64,000 bases of DNA from Octopus sinensis (lineage: Eukaryota): positions 22,506,001 through 22,570,000 of the forward strand of contig NC_043017.1 in NCBI RefSeq assembly GCF_006345805.1, in the 5' to 3' direction. The translations under genes were made by a program, and so were the position numbers. Below the pieces are notes generated by a model, which saw only the letters and a program-made list of their open reading frames with translations, made no database searches and was not told where the DNA came from. Positions 24,145-36,984 of the stretch are shown in pieces. Each line of letters opens with the position of its first letter. Position 1 is the first letter of the stretch.

Positions 24145-24414
24145 TAGCGCCGCCCCGACTGGCCTCCGTGCCAGTGGCACGTAAAAAGCACCATCCGTCC
24201 GTGGCCGTTTGCCAGCCCCGTCTGGCACCTCTGCGGGTGGCACGTAAAAAGCACCCACTACACTCACAGAGTGGTTGGCGTTAGGAAGGGCATCCAGCCG
24301 TAGAAACACTGCCAGATCAGACTGGGCCTGGTGCAGCCTTCTGGCTTCCCAGACCCCAGTTGAACCGTCCAACCCATGCTAGCATGGAAAGCGGACGCTA
24401 AATGATGATGATGA
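24145..24414 (+). mobile_element. SINE-like family C
   Basis: ggcacgtaaaaagcacc repeats, gttggcgttaggaagggcatccagccgtagaaa, ends gctaaatgatgatgatg. Confidence 0.85.
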
Positions 24415-25651
24415 TATATATATATATATATATATATATATCCATGCATACACATATGGTTATAAACATATATATACATATATAGACAATCACATGCATG
24501 ATTACATTATGAATTCTACAATGAAAATGTTGTAATTTGACTTTGACAATAACAAACCGGATGGCGTCAAAGAGCTGCACACATTGTTGTAATAGAAATA
24601 AGCAATTCCCTCCCCCCCCCCCGACCTCACTCCCCAAACTTATAAAACTGACCACTGTTTGCTCAATCATTTTTGTTTAGACATATTGAACATTAGAAAT
24701 AGACAATGACAATATCAGCAAATAACAAAGAAGAGAAGGAAGTGATTGGGGTGGGTGTGGGGGTCTCAATAGCACGAAGTGGGGGGGGGGGGGAGAATGT
24801 GGAAGATAATATTGAAATGGCATTGATCCGGCCATTTATTGACCTGGTCTTTTGTTAATGGTCAGCAGTTTTTCTATCAAGCCATGTACAAAGGACTTGT
24901 TACAGTAATGAATTCTGTTTCAATAGCTCTTCATTAACTTAGATCATTAAACTAGCTAATGCTTATTTTACAGGCAGAGACAGTTCAATAGAAGTTTTTG
25001 TTTTTGTTTATTTGTTTGTATAGTTGTCCTTTTTTTTCGTTTTTGTGATACTCAATTGCAGAATATGTATTATTGTATGCAAATTGTGAATCTTAGCATA
25101 TTTAAGTGGTTGATGCTAAATAATCAGACAGATCACGATTTCGTTGTTCAGTCTTTTATTAAAAACCACAAACAGAAAGACTGACAGTGATATTCTAGAA
25201 TAATTTAATCTCTCTTTGTGGCATTTTCAGTTTTAGAAGGAAATGTTTATAACAACAAACCATTTTGCCACAGCAAAATAGTAGTAGTAATAGTATCAAT
25301 AACCGGTTATTAGAACTCAATACATTTATGACACGCAGTATAAGTAAGCTCTTGTAGTGAAGAAGTGTGAATTCACTGTGGTCTGCCACTCTGGATTCTT
25401 ATATGATCCAGAAAGTTAATTCAGAGTTTAATTGATAAATTAATGATAAAAGAACAGTAGTTCCATTATTTGATTATATTTAGTGCTTCTTTGATGTGGA
25501 AAAAAAGAAGCACTTTTTAAAATTGGCTCTGAAGAAGCTATAAGACATTATATTGGTGCAGGGTGCATGGTTTCTTATAGCTGAAACAGTTATAACCTAA
25601 TGAAAATGATTATGTTAACTTCTGTTCTTTTATCATTCATGTATTAATATG

Positions 25652-26042
25652 TAGGTGCAGGAGTGGCTGTGTAGTAAAAAGCTTGCTTCCCAACCACATG
25701 GTTCTGGGTTCAGTCCCACTGCATGGCACCTTGGTCAAGTGTTTTCTACTGCGACCTCAGGCCGACCAAAGCCTTGTGAATGTATTTGGTAGATGGAAAC
25801 TGAAAGAAGCCCATCATATGTATGTATGTATGTGTTTGTGTGTCTATGTTTGTAGCTCATCACTTCACAACCGATGTTGGTGTATTTACATCCCTGTAAT
25901 TTACTGGTCCAGCAAAAGAGACTGATAGAATAAGTGCTAGGCTTACAAAGAATAAGTCTTGGGGTTCGATTTGTTCGACTGAAGGCGGTACTCCAGCATG
26001 GCCACAGTCAAATGACTGAAACAAGTGAAAGAATAAAAGAAT
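25652..26042 (+). mobile_element. SINE family A, full length
   Basis: gtaggtgcaggagtggctgtgtag...gaataaaaga; followed by an opposite-strand copy at about 26150-26485. Confidence 0.85.
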
Positions 26043-26886
26043 ATCAAAACATGAATTGGAAATCTACGTAGAAGAACTTCGTCTTTTGCTTACTCTGAGT
26101 GGGCATAAACAATTAGCCATTACTTGTTTCAAATACTAGACAGTGGCCCCAGGAATTACTTCCTTTTTGTAAGCTTGGTATTTATTCTATTGGCCTCTTT
26201 TGCCAAACTGCTAAGTTGCAGGGACATAAACACACCAATACCAGCTGTCAAGCGGTAGTGGAGGACAAACACAAAGACTCACACACAAACACACACACAC
26301 ATGTATATGTGTGTGTGTGTGTTTGTGTGTAACAGGCTTCTTTCAGTTTCTGCCTGCCAAATCCATTTACAAAGCTTTGGTCAGCCTTAGACTATAGCAG
26401 AAGACACTTTCCCAAGGTGCCATACAGTGGGACTGAACCTAAAACCATGTGGTTAGGAAGCGAACTTACTACTACACAGCCAAGCCTAAAAAGGAAAGTA
26501 ACAACACTTTATCACTTGCACTGACAATAAAATCAAAATGAAATGGTTACAAGATACCAATACTAGGCCAGAACTCACCTCGCTGAGAACCCACTTTTTT
26601 ACCTTAGTACTTGTCTATTTTGGTTTCAAATTTTGGCTCAAGGCCAGCATGTTCAGGGGAGGAGGTAAGTCAATTACCTCAACCCCAGTTCTCAACTGGT
26701 ACTTATTTTATCAACCCCCAAAGGGATAAGAGGCAAAGATGACCATGGTAGAATTTGAACTCAGAACATAAAGCTATTATAGTCCATAATATTTACAATA
26801 ATACAAGCCGATAAGGAAGCTCTCTATAGTCGCTTTACCTACTAGAAATTAAAAAAAAAGCCAAATCTCCTTCAGATTGCACCTAG

Positions 26887-27258
26887 TTACCTCCCCCTTA
26901 GCAAAGGCAGAGGTATTGTGTTCAATTATGTTTGTTTGTTTGTCTATCTGTGGACAAGATATCTCAAGAACCACTGGATGAATTCGGATGAAACTTTCAG
27001 GGATGTTTGGCCTCATGACTAGCACCACCTTATTAGATTTTCAGATCGATCCAGTACCAGACAAGGATTCTGGATTATTTTTCCTACTGTTTTACTTAAT
27101 TTTTTATAGCGGTCGGGTTCATTTTTAGTATTCTCGTTTGTGAGAGCAGTCGAGTTTCTTTCAGATATTCTCATTTTAAAAAAAACATCTCTGGCTAATC
27201 GTTGAGAGGATGCTGGTGTTGCCCTGGTGGAGGTTTGTATCCTCTGAGTGCTCTTGTT
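26887..27258 (+). mobile_element. Non-autonomous Helentron/HINE-like element
   Basis: Starts ttacctcccccttagcaaaggcagagg, then tgtt/tgtc repeats; ends ggtggaggtttgtatcctctgagtgctcttgtt. Confidence 0.55.
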
Positions 27259-28099
27259 GTATTTAAAAAGAAGTATATATTTAACAATGTAGTCTCATTA
27301 TATTAAAATCTTGTGATTCTGCTTATTTTATCACTCTATCTCAATGATACAGTGTTTCTTTAATTGTTTCTGAAGTTGTTTTTGGTAGAGGTGTTCAAAC
27401 TATTTTTGTTATTTTGATGAAAGAATATTAATAGAAAACTGCACACATCTTTCTTCCTTTGGCTATTTCTCTTCACTTAAAACACACAAATATCAAATAT
27501 CCCCAGCAGAACCCATATTGTATGACTGAAGCTTATAATACAATATATTCATATTTTGGATGTAATGCTTATTCTACTCATTCTACCTCCTAACAATATC
27601 TGAAGGGTTTGTAATTAGAGTTTGACAACAAAATCTTTTTTAATTACATTCTTGAAATATCTTTTCATAATAAACCTCAATTACATCTTTCATTCTTTCT
27701 TCAAAAAATTATTAATAATATACAAATAACTGATTCATAGTTTGTTTTTTGTTGTTTTTCTTTTCAAAATATAATTGCCTTCCTGCCAACTAATTGATAA
27801 AACTAAGTGTCTTGCTTATTTCTTCAATAATAGATGAAGATACGTTTTCTATTGTAATTTCTTTTCTTCTTATTTGATATTCATTTACCCACTTTTGAAA
27901 TTGCTTACACCTCTCCTTCAAATCTATCTATGTTTAACCTACAAGCTTTTACATTATCTTTCAAATCCCCCAAACAAAACAAATATAAATAAAGTGTATA
28001 ATCCACTGAGTTGGCAATTATTTTTATTATTAATATTCTTGACATCGTTAATACTGCTATTGTCACTGTCATTGTGATGGAATGACTGAATTGTAAGAA

Positions 28100-29140
28100 C
28101 ACTGAATACACTGCCTTCTGACCCTTTATGTTTAGAGTTCAAATTCCACTGAGATCAAATTTTATTTTCATCCCTCTGGGATTGATACAATAAAGCACCA
28201 GTCATCTACTGGGGTTGACTGCATCAACTAATGACCTTCCCCACAAACCTGACTCTATACCTAAATCAGAAAGTATTATTAATATTGGTTTCAAATTTTG
28301 ACACAAGACCAATAATTTCAGGTGAGAGAGTAAATCGATTACATCAACCCCAGTGTTCAACTGGTACTTATTTTATCAACCCCAATAAGATAAAAGGCAA
28401 AGTCAATCCAGCAGAATTTGAACTCAAAATGTAATGACAGACAAAGAGCCATGACACATTTTGCCTGGTGTACTAATCACTCTGCCAGTTTGCCACCTTA
28501 TCATTATTATTAATATTATTGCAAAGGCAGAACTGATAGAATGCTGCCCTAGAAGCAGTGTGACATTTATATATGTCCATTTATGATTTAAGTTCAAACC
28601 TCACCAGCATTAATTTTGCCTTTCATTCTTCAATAAAAGCCACTGTCTGGTATTGCATTAGGGCATTTATTATTATTATTATTATTATTATTATGGCTGC
28701 AAGCTGGCAGAATCGTTAGCACATTGGACAAATTGTGTAGTGGTATTTGACCTGTTGTTCCAATCTGAGTTCAAATTCCACCAAGGTCGACTTTATCCTT
28801 CTTCCTTTTGGGGTCAATAAAATAAGTACCAGCTGAACACTGGGGTCGATGTAATTGACTCATCTCCCCTCCCAAAGTGGCTGCCCTTGTGGCAAAATTT
28901 GAAACCAATGTTGTTATTATTAAGGCAGCAAGCTGGCAGAATCGTTAGCACACCAGGCAGACTGCTTAGTTGTATTTCACCTGTCACTATGTTCTGAGTT
29001 CAAATTCTGCCAAGATCAACTTCGTCTTTCTTCTTTTTGGGGTCAGTGAAATAAGTGCCAGTCAAGTACTGGGGTCAGTGTAATCAACAAGTCCCCTCTC
29101 CCAAATTTCAGGCCTTGTGCCTATGGTAAAAAGGATTGTT
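28100..29140. mobile_element. Cluster of four SINE family B copies
   Basis: Plus copies at about 28100, 28695 and 28922; minus copy at about 28290-28500. Confidence 0.75.
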
Positions 29141-29808
29141 ATTATTGTTGTAATAACAGCAGCAACCATGGCTTTTTCATTGCTGTCACTGTTCCATTTT
29201 GAAGCAATTGGTATTTTTAATGTTAATTGCTATTGCTGTTAATTATAATCTAATTGTAAATTATACGAAGTTATGAAGGTTTTGCATTTCTTTCTAATCA
29301 CATCAAATGCACAGGTAACCCCAGGCTGATAACAGTACAGAACTTCCTCTTCCTTGTCATACTCACTTCACAGAATCCAGCAACTGGTCCTTGGTTCTCT
29401 TTTATCCTTATATTCTTGTACCTGTTTCTGTCATTGGACAGTGGCCATACTGGAGTATTACCTGCAAGGGTTTAGTCTATCCTAAAAAGCCACTGCCTAG
29501 TATTGCATTAGGGCATTTATTATTATTATTATTATTATTATCATTATTATTAAGGCCACAAGCTGACAGAATCGTTAGCAAGTTGGACGAATTATGTAGC
29601 GGTATTTCACCCATTCATTTTATTGATCTCTGGTTATTGAACCTGCTGAGTTACAGGACACTAAAAGGAAACAACATAAGCACAACACCAGTTGAAACCA
29701 GCCTAAATGTAAAACAGACACGCATACATAGCCTCAAGCACACATACACGTTTCTGTCCACCAAATCTCAGTCATAAAGTAATGATCAACTAGAAGTTAC
29801 GGTAGAAT

Positions 29809-30501
29809 AAGTAGTCGCAACCATTTTTTGCCTATATACCCCTTTGATTCCTTTTTTAGTGTGATGGTGGACCCTTATAGACATTTAATGCTTAAAAATA
29901 TCCTATTATATTTTTATTATTAAATATTATTCATAAGGCAGTGAGCTGGCAGAATATTTAGCATGCCAGGCAATATGCTTGGCAGCATTTTGTCTCCCTC
30001 TCCCTCTTTCGGAGAGGCACTGAGCAGCTATACGCACACATACACACATGGCAGTCGCTCCCGCCTACCAAATTCAATCACAAAGCTTCGGTCGGCTCGG
30101 GGCTATAGTGGAAGACACCTAACCAAAGTGCCATGCAGTGGGACTGAACCCAAAACCATGTAGCTAGGAAGCAAGCTCCCTAACCACACAGCCATGCCCA
30201 CGCCTGTCTTCACAAATTCTGCCAAGGTCAATTTTTTTCCGTTTATCCTTTCGGGGTTGATGAAATAAGTACCTGTTACACACTGGGGTCGATGTAATCG
30301 ACTTATCTCCTCCCCTTAAATTTCAGGCTCTGTGCCTATAATAGATAGGATTATTAAATATTATGAGGATGTGTATTAAAAAAAATTGTTAGAATATTGT
30401 ATATTGTAGAAAGATTAACCAGTTTATTGCACATAAACTTTAACAGCAAAATGTAATATGGAACCCGAAGGGTCATGTGGACCCCAGTTGAGAACCATTG
30501 C
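29809..30501 (+). mobile_element. hAT-type MITE containing a SINE B, which contains a SINE A
   Basis: MITE halves 29809-29935 and 30355-30501 (ends gttgagaaccattg); SINE B halves 29936-30005 and 30205-30352; minus SINE A head 30035-30203. Confidence 0.65.
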
Positions 30502-31121
30502 AGTAGAAGATAGTTGCTCCCTCAAGTTGCTGTATAGTGAATTGGAATTTAGAACTTTTTGACCTCACAGCCAAGCCTGTGTTTGTATTTGAACAGAATC
30601 CTTTGTTCTACTCTGTTCATCCAATTGTCAGGAATGGAAATCAAATCAGCTGGTAATATTATCTGTGATATACCTGCATCTTATCCAAAGAAATATTTAT
30701 CAGTCATCAATTTGACCCCATAAAAACTGATGCTGATCAAGGGATCTCTGGAGGAAAAAAGGGCCATTTAGCCCATGCGACACTTTTGTATATCCATTAT
30801 TGTATGTTGTTGTCAGCAATTGCTGTTATTGATCTAAGAAACAAATGTGTATTGAATCAAACGCCTTGCAATATATAGTTATAGTGTTCATACCCAAGAA
30901 GGAATAAATGACCATTAGGATCTTTTAAGGATCAATAAAATTATATCAATAATATAGTGAACGGTCTTGATTTAATCGAGTATCCTTCTCTCCTACAATG
31001 TAGGATTTTTGCTGCCAAAAGTTTTAAGACTGAAACTTGAGATGTAATCTTTTTATTTTATTTAAATACTTTGACCATAAGTTAAACTGAAATGTTGACG
31101 ATATGCTAAAAAAACTGAATA

Positions 31122-31520
31122 TCATCATCATCATCATCATTTAGCGTCCGCTTTCCATGCTAGCATGGGTTTGACGGTCCAACTGGGGTCTGGGAAGCCA
31201 GAAGGCTGCACCAGGCCCAGTCTGATCTGGCAATGTTTCTACGGCTGGATGCCCTTCCTAATGCCAACCACTCTGTGAGTGTAGTGGGTGCTTTTTATGT
31301 GCCACCGGCACAGGTGCCAGTCAGGGCTGGCAAACGGCCACGGTCAGATGGTGCTTTTTACGTGCCACCGGCACGGGGGCCAGGCAAGGCTGGCAATGGC
31401 CACGATCGGATGGTGCTTTTTACGTGCCACCAGCATGGGGGCCAGATGAGGCTGGCAACAGCCACAATCAGATGGTGCTTTTTATGTGGACGCCCATCGG
31501 GGCAGTGCTGGCAATGGCCA
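31122..31520 (-). mobile_element. SINE-like family C with four internal 62-bp repeats
   Basis: tttta(c/t)gtg(c/g) units near 31292, 31355, 31417 and 31479. Confidence 0.85.
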
Positions 31521-31651
31521 CGTTTCATTTAAAGAATTTAGGATGTCCAAGAAACAAATGAAAGGAAACAGGGAATAAGAAAAATAACTTATACCAGCAA
31601 TAATAAATCTCAGAGCGAATTATAAACAGTAGCTACAATACATTGTGAAGT

Positions 31652-31981
31652 ATATTTGCCATTTAGATATGGCTAACCCCTAAGGGTGGATACTACTGTA
31701 GTTTGTAGCCCCAGGAGGACACTTCCTCCAACTGGCCATAGACACACTTTCTGTGCCCTATCAGTGTTTGCAAAGGGAAGCCATCCTTCCAGTCTTCAAC
31801 TTATGATACACACGGACTCGAGTTTCTGGGTATTGACCCATCCGACGTGATTGTCACACGCCGATGACGGGTCAATACCCAGAAATTTTAGTCCGTGCGT
31901 ATCACGTCAGGTTGACGATGGGAAGGATGGCTTCCCTTTGCAAACACTGATAGGGCACAGAAAGTGTGTCTATGGCCAGCT
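31652..31981. mobile_element. Palindromic PLE-type insertion with two head-to-head hammerhead copies
   Basis: Outer arms 31732-31790 and 31921-31979 are 59/59 inverse identical; inner arms diverged; left-only tail of about 80 nt. Confidence 0.75.
31855..31899 (+). ncRNA. Minimal type I hammerhead ribozyme-like motif
   Basis: CACACG-CCGAUGA-CGGGU-caau-ACCCA-GAAA-U-uuua-GUC-CGUGCG; the inverse copy at 31809-31849 keeps GAAAC-UCGA-GUC. Confidence 0.65.
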
Positions 31982-34451
31982 TATACAAGTTTTTTAAAAA
32001 AAACTGAAGAGAAAATAAGAAGTTTAATTTATAGTTTTGCACTCTGAATTGAAACTGGATCCCTCTTTGACTAAACTTTAATGACTAACAGACTAAACAA
32101 GTGATTCTCAAACAAATTACCAGTCCCTCTTTCCCCACCCCAAAATTTTAGAAAATCTTAGTCCTTCCTGCTTTATTTATGAGAATTCAAAATAGATTTT
32201 GTTTCAATGTGATTCTTCTTTATTTATTACAATGTTGGATGAGTTTAAGATATTTGAAACCATCATAATTTCATTAAACATAGCAATTTTTCTGTTCATT
32301 TATCTGATCCTCATAATCCCACCACTACCCTCCCCACCACACTATGAGAAACACTGGACTGAACTATTCTTGCATTCTTTATCCATTGATAGCTGATCAG
32401 TCTGTCAGTCACTTGGATGAGATATGTCAAAGTATGACTCAGCAATGATCGGAACTCTAACAGATACACATCTTTATTTACCTATTTTTATTACAACTCA
32501 AAATTACAGACTGTATTGATAAGAAGCCTAGTTTCTTAGTCAGAAGGTGCAGATAACACTACACTACACAATATTATTGTCTTCTATTGAGAAAATAAAA
32601 GGTAGAGGAGAAAGCAAAAATAGCTACCATATCCAGGAAAATATGCATGACAGGACAACATTGCAGAGCACCAGCCTTCGTATGTAGCGTGTATATTATA
32701 AAAGATCGGTATCAGAAGTCAGGTTTGGTGAGGTCTGGTGTGGGTTTCTGTTTTCTTTCTTTTGTCAATATAGTCTGTCTGTGCCTCAGCAAACTTGATA
32801 AAGAGAGGAGTGTGAGGGAAGGAATCCAAGATCTAGCAGGACAGATCTAATCATCCAGTAGTTTCCACTTTTATGATTCACTCCAGGGTGAAAAGAAAAG
32901 TTTTACAGTTAGTTTCCTTACAGAATAAAATGAATTACGTCTAATGAAAATAAAAATAAGGGTTTGCGGAGAAAAGAGAGATTAAGAAAGACACAGAACT
33001 GGGATGAGTCATCTTAGATTTGTTACAGAGAGAGAGGAGGGCAGGGCAAACCCACAAAATAAGATATGAAAAAGAAACCCATTTTACTTCCTTTAAAACC
33101 AATCAGACCCTAAATGAAGATATCTTTAAGGGTTTACACAGACTGCAATCACTTCTAACTGAAATTTCTGCTAGCGTGGTTCCATCTTAATTCACTTACT
33201 TCAAAGGGGAGATGGACTGCTGAAAGTCAGAAGGGTTTCAATGTAGCTGCTATTTTGTTGGGTTCGTGACCCTATATCGAGACAGAAAATTGGTTTGTTA
33301 AAAAGCAATTGATATCTGATGTATGAAGCGATTAAGAACTAATTCAGAATCAAACATGTTGATGAGCAGCTATCTAGTTATCAAACTTCTCACTATGTCA
33401 GCGTAATTTCCCTTGCCTCCGGCAAGTCTCAGACTCTGTTTGCATCGATGATTCAACGGAAGAATAGGAACTGGGTCTGAGGATGGGGTACAGTGGCTGG
33501 CATAATATGGAGCGGGGTGCAAATGTATCATCTTTGCCTTGCCATGTAGCACTCTTCAATGATACAGCAATTTAGCAATATTATAATTTTCAATCAAGAA
33601 ATCAATAACATTCATCAAAGAAAATTAATGACAAATTCTCTGTATAAATCAATAAACATTTTAATGTATGCATATAATTTCTGTAATCATATATGTATAT
33701 AAGGTGGGGGTGACTGATACTAAGCAATGTTATAAAGAGGGAAGATTAAAGAATGCAGGTAAACATATCTTTGAAATTCAAATTATATATAACATAGGCT
33801 ATAATGCATAAATCACCCAAATACCATACAACTTACAACAATGTTTATTCCATGCTGTTCCATCAAAGTGATAACAACATGAAGAATTATAGTCTATAAT
33901 ATCATACAAACATACCATAAAATTGATATGTAATTATATACACTTTGATGTATAGTTGATGTATAATTAAATGTATAGCATATCAATATGATGCTATCTG
34001 GACATATAAAACTGTGGCAGTGAGAACATTGCTTGGACAACTGGTGGAAAAGTAATTTGTTCTCTTATCAATATTACTAAGTTGTGTATTTATCCATGAC
34101 TCTTAACTTTAAGATGACCTAGTCCATCTTGCTAAAAGTAGGTACTGTATTTTTGGAATAATGGGGTACTGGGTAAGTCATTCATGGATTCAAACTTATA
34201 TAAAAGTTCCCAAAAGTTTCAGCCCACTTTGCCACTAGATTAAAATTCCAGCTCTGATTATGGGCTGCATAAGATGGTACCAATCTCAGAAACATATTTC
34301 TTTACTATTTCATGCAAATATCTATCCCCAGATACTCATGTTCTCCAACAATGCAGGCTAGCTACTTAAAAAAAAGAAAAGAAAAAATGTTAAGAATTAG
34401 TTCATGTAGCAACTAATCCTATTGTGATGTCTAATTAAATTTTATTCCATA

Positions 34452-34797
34452 GGAGTGGCCGTGTGGTAAGTAGTTTGCTTACCAACCACATGGTTCCAGG
34501 TTCAGTCCCACTGCGTGGCATCTTGGGCAAGTGACTCCCACTATAGCCTCGGGCCGACCAAAGCCTTGTGAGTGCATTTGGTAGACAGAAACTGAAAGAA
34601 GCCTGTCGTATATATTGCTTGACAACCGATGCTGGTGTGTTTATGTCCCATCACTTAGCAGTTCAGCAAAAAGAGATCCAATAGAATAAGTACTAGGCTT
34701 ACAAAGAATAAGTCCTGGGGTCGATTTGCTCGACTAAATGCGGTGCTCCAGCACGGCCGCAGTCAAATGACTGAAACAAGTAAAAGAGTAAAAGAGT
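34452..34797 (+). mobile_element. SINE family A, full length
   Basis: aggagtggccgtgtggtaag...gagtaaaagag. Confidence 0.85.
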
Positions 34798-34844
34798 AAT
34801 ATACATACACCAGAGTACATAATGTGTGTGTGTGTGCAATGATC

Positions 34845-35400
34845 ACTACATGAACACTTTTCAATATGCAAATAACCCTTCATATACAGAAAGAGGGAAA
34901 CCCTATACAGAAAGAGGGAAACCCTATAATGGCTGCATGTTTAGGGGACACACATATATCTATCCATCTATGTATCTATTTATGTGTGTGTGTGTGTGAG
35001 AGAGAGAGAGGGGGGAGTATGCACGATGAGAGATACATGAACACTTCAACATACACAAACAATCATCTTCTTATACAGGTGAAGGGAATATCTATACATC
35101 TTGTATATAGTGAATGTATTCTTAGGACACACACGCTCATATATGACTATCCACCTATCTATCTGTATGTGTTTGTGTGTATGTGTGTGTGTGTGTGTGT
35201 GTGTATGTACAATGAAAAATATGTGAACACATTTCAACATACACAAATAATTATCTACATAGACAAGTGAAGTAAATACCTATATATCTGTATACTGACT
35301 GTATGTTTAGGACACACACACGCACACATATCTATCCATCTATGGATCTATCAATCCAACTGTGTGTGTGTATACGTGTGTGTGTGTGTGTGTGTGTGTG
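34845..35400. repeat. Old tandem triplication, about 186-bp period
   Basis: tgaacac...tcaa(c/t)at...ttagg(gg)acacac...ctatcca(t/c)ctat...(TG)n; units start near 34849, 35037 and 35222. Confidence 0.65.
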
Positions 35401-35791
35401 CAGTGTTCATCAGAAAAGCAAAACATGGAGGGAAGATGGTGAAAAAGAGGCAAGAAGAATAAGAAAAATCTTTAGGGGCCAGGTGGGAATGCAGTTCTAG
35501 GGGGAGGAGCTAAAAAGAGAGGAAGAGGCAAGGGAGTTGTGTTCTTGTATAGGAGATGGGCATAGGAAGGAGGTGTGTGAGTGGTTTGGAGGTACAGGAG
35601 GTTGGTCAGGGGTGAGTGGAGTTTGCAAGATGTCAATGTGGTGTAGGTGAGAGGAAGGTGTGAAACAAAAATTCAAGGGAAGGGAAACAGTAAAGAAAAC
35701 GGTGTAATAGGGGAGAAAATATTTATATATAATAGATAAAAACAGATGGGACATCAGAGAATCATATATATATTATATTCTATGCATTCAC

Positions 35792-35825
<34 letters not shown>

Positions 35826-35916
35826 ATACATATATATATGTGTGTGTGTATATGTGTGCATGTGTGTGTGTATGTTGTGTACATATATGCACACATACGC
35901 ACAGAAACATACACAT

Positions 35917-35951
<35 letters not shown>

Positions 35952-35984
35952 CATACACACAACAGAAGAAAATAGACACCCCAT

Positions 35985-36405
35985 AAAACATTGTACAAAA
36001 GAAGCCTTGGAACTGTTTGAATTTCAAAGAGGCAGTATTGGGGGTCGTTCTGATGGTCGACATAGTCAGCATAAAATCACAGAAAACCTTGGGATCCCAC
36101 TCTTTAAAGTTAATAGAGAGTTTGTGCAATTCACCAGAGAAGGGAATGTGTCCACTTCACCTCACCCAGATCAAGCAGGGCCTTCTGACAGGACCTTTCT
36201 CTTTGCTAAGAGAAGTGTGGAGGATAATCCTCATTGCAAGGCCTCTGACATAGCAGAACAAGTTGATGTCAGTCCTAGAACAGGTGTCACGTATCTCCAC
36301 AAACTTGGTTATTATGGCAGTGCAGCAAGAAGGAAGCCACTTCTTCAACCAGCCAACATCAAGTGGAGAAAAGATTGGGCCAGTGAAATGGTGGAGAGGC
36401 CACAC
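35985..36405 (+). pseudogene. Tc1/mariner transposase N-terminal remnant (DNA-binding region)
   Basis: ELFEFQRGSIGG...LGIP...VSPRT...LHKLGYYGSAARRKPLL...WRKDWA fits the Tc1 paired HTH and RKPLL motifs. Truncated by a SINE at 36406 before the DDE domain. Confidence 0.85.
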
Positions 36406-36970
36406 ATCATCATCATCATCATCATTTAACGTCCGCTTTCCATGCTAGCATGGGTTGGACGGTTCAACTGGGGTCTGGGGAGCCCGAAGGCTGCACCAGG
36501 CCAGTCAGATCTGGCAGTGTTTCTACAGCTGGATGCCCTTCCTAACACCAACCACTCCGAGAGTGTAGTGGGTGATTTTATGTGCCACTGACACAGGTGC
36601 CAGATGAGGCTGGCGAACGGCCACGCTCAGATGGTGTTTTTTATGTGCCACCGACACAGGTGCCAGACGAGGCTGGCAGACGGCCACGCTCGGATGGTGT
36701 TTTTATGTGCCACCGACACAGGTGCCAGATGAGGCTGGCAAACGGCCACGATCGGATGGTGTTTGTTACGTACCCACAGCACGGAGGCCAGTCGATGCGG
36801 TACTGGCTACGGCCACGTTCGGATGGTTTTCTTGTGTGCCACCGGCACTGGTACCACAAAGATACAAATTCCATTGATATTCATCTATTTTGATTTGTTT
36901 TGATTTTCACTTGCCTCAACAGGTCTTCACAAGTGTCACAAGAAGGAAGGTATGCACAGGTGGACTGACT
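36406..36970 (-). mobile_element. SINE-like family C with five internal 62-bp repeats
   Basis: (CAT)n tail at 36406; units near 36577, 36639, 36701, 36766 and 36830. Confidence 0.85.
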
Positions 36971-36984
36971 TATATATATATATA

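Noticed and set aside
25230-25343. Plus-strand acceptor and GTAAGC donor pair
   Set aside because: All three frames contain stops from the strong acceptor; the alternative acceptor is weak.
30674-30747. Minus-strand 74-nt segment with good acceptor and CAG|GTATAT donor
   Set aside because: Stops in all three frames; it could only be non-coding and has no other support.
35480-35720. G-rich purine tract as LINE remnant or G-quadruplex
   Set aside because: No diagnostic coding motif, and the G-runs are mostly too short and irregular.
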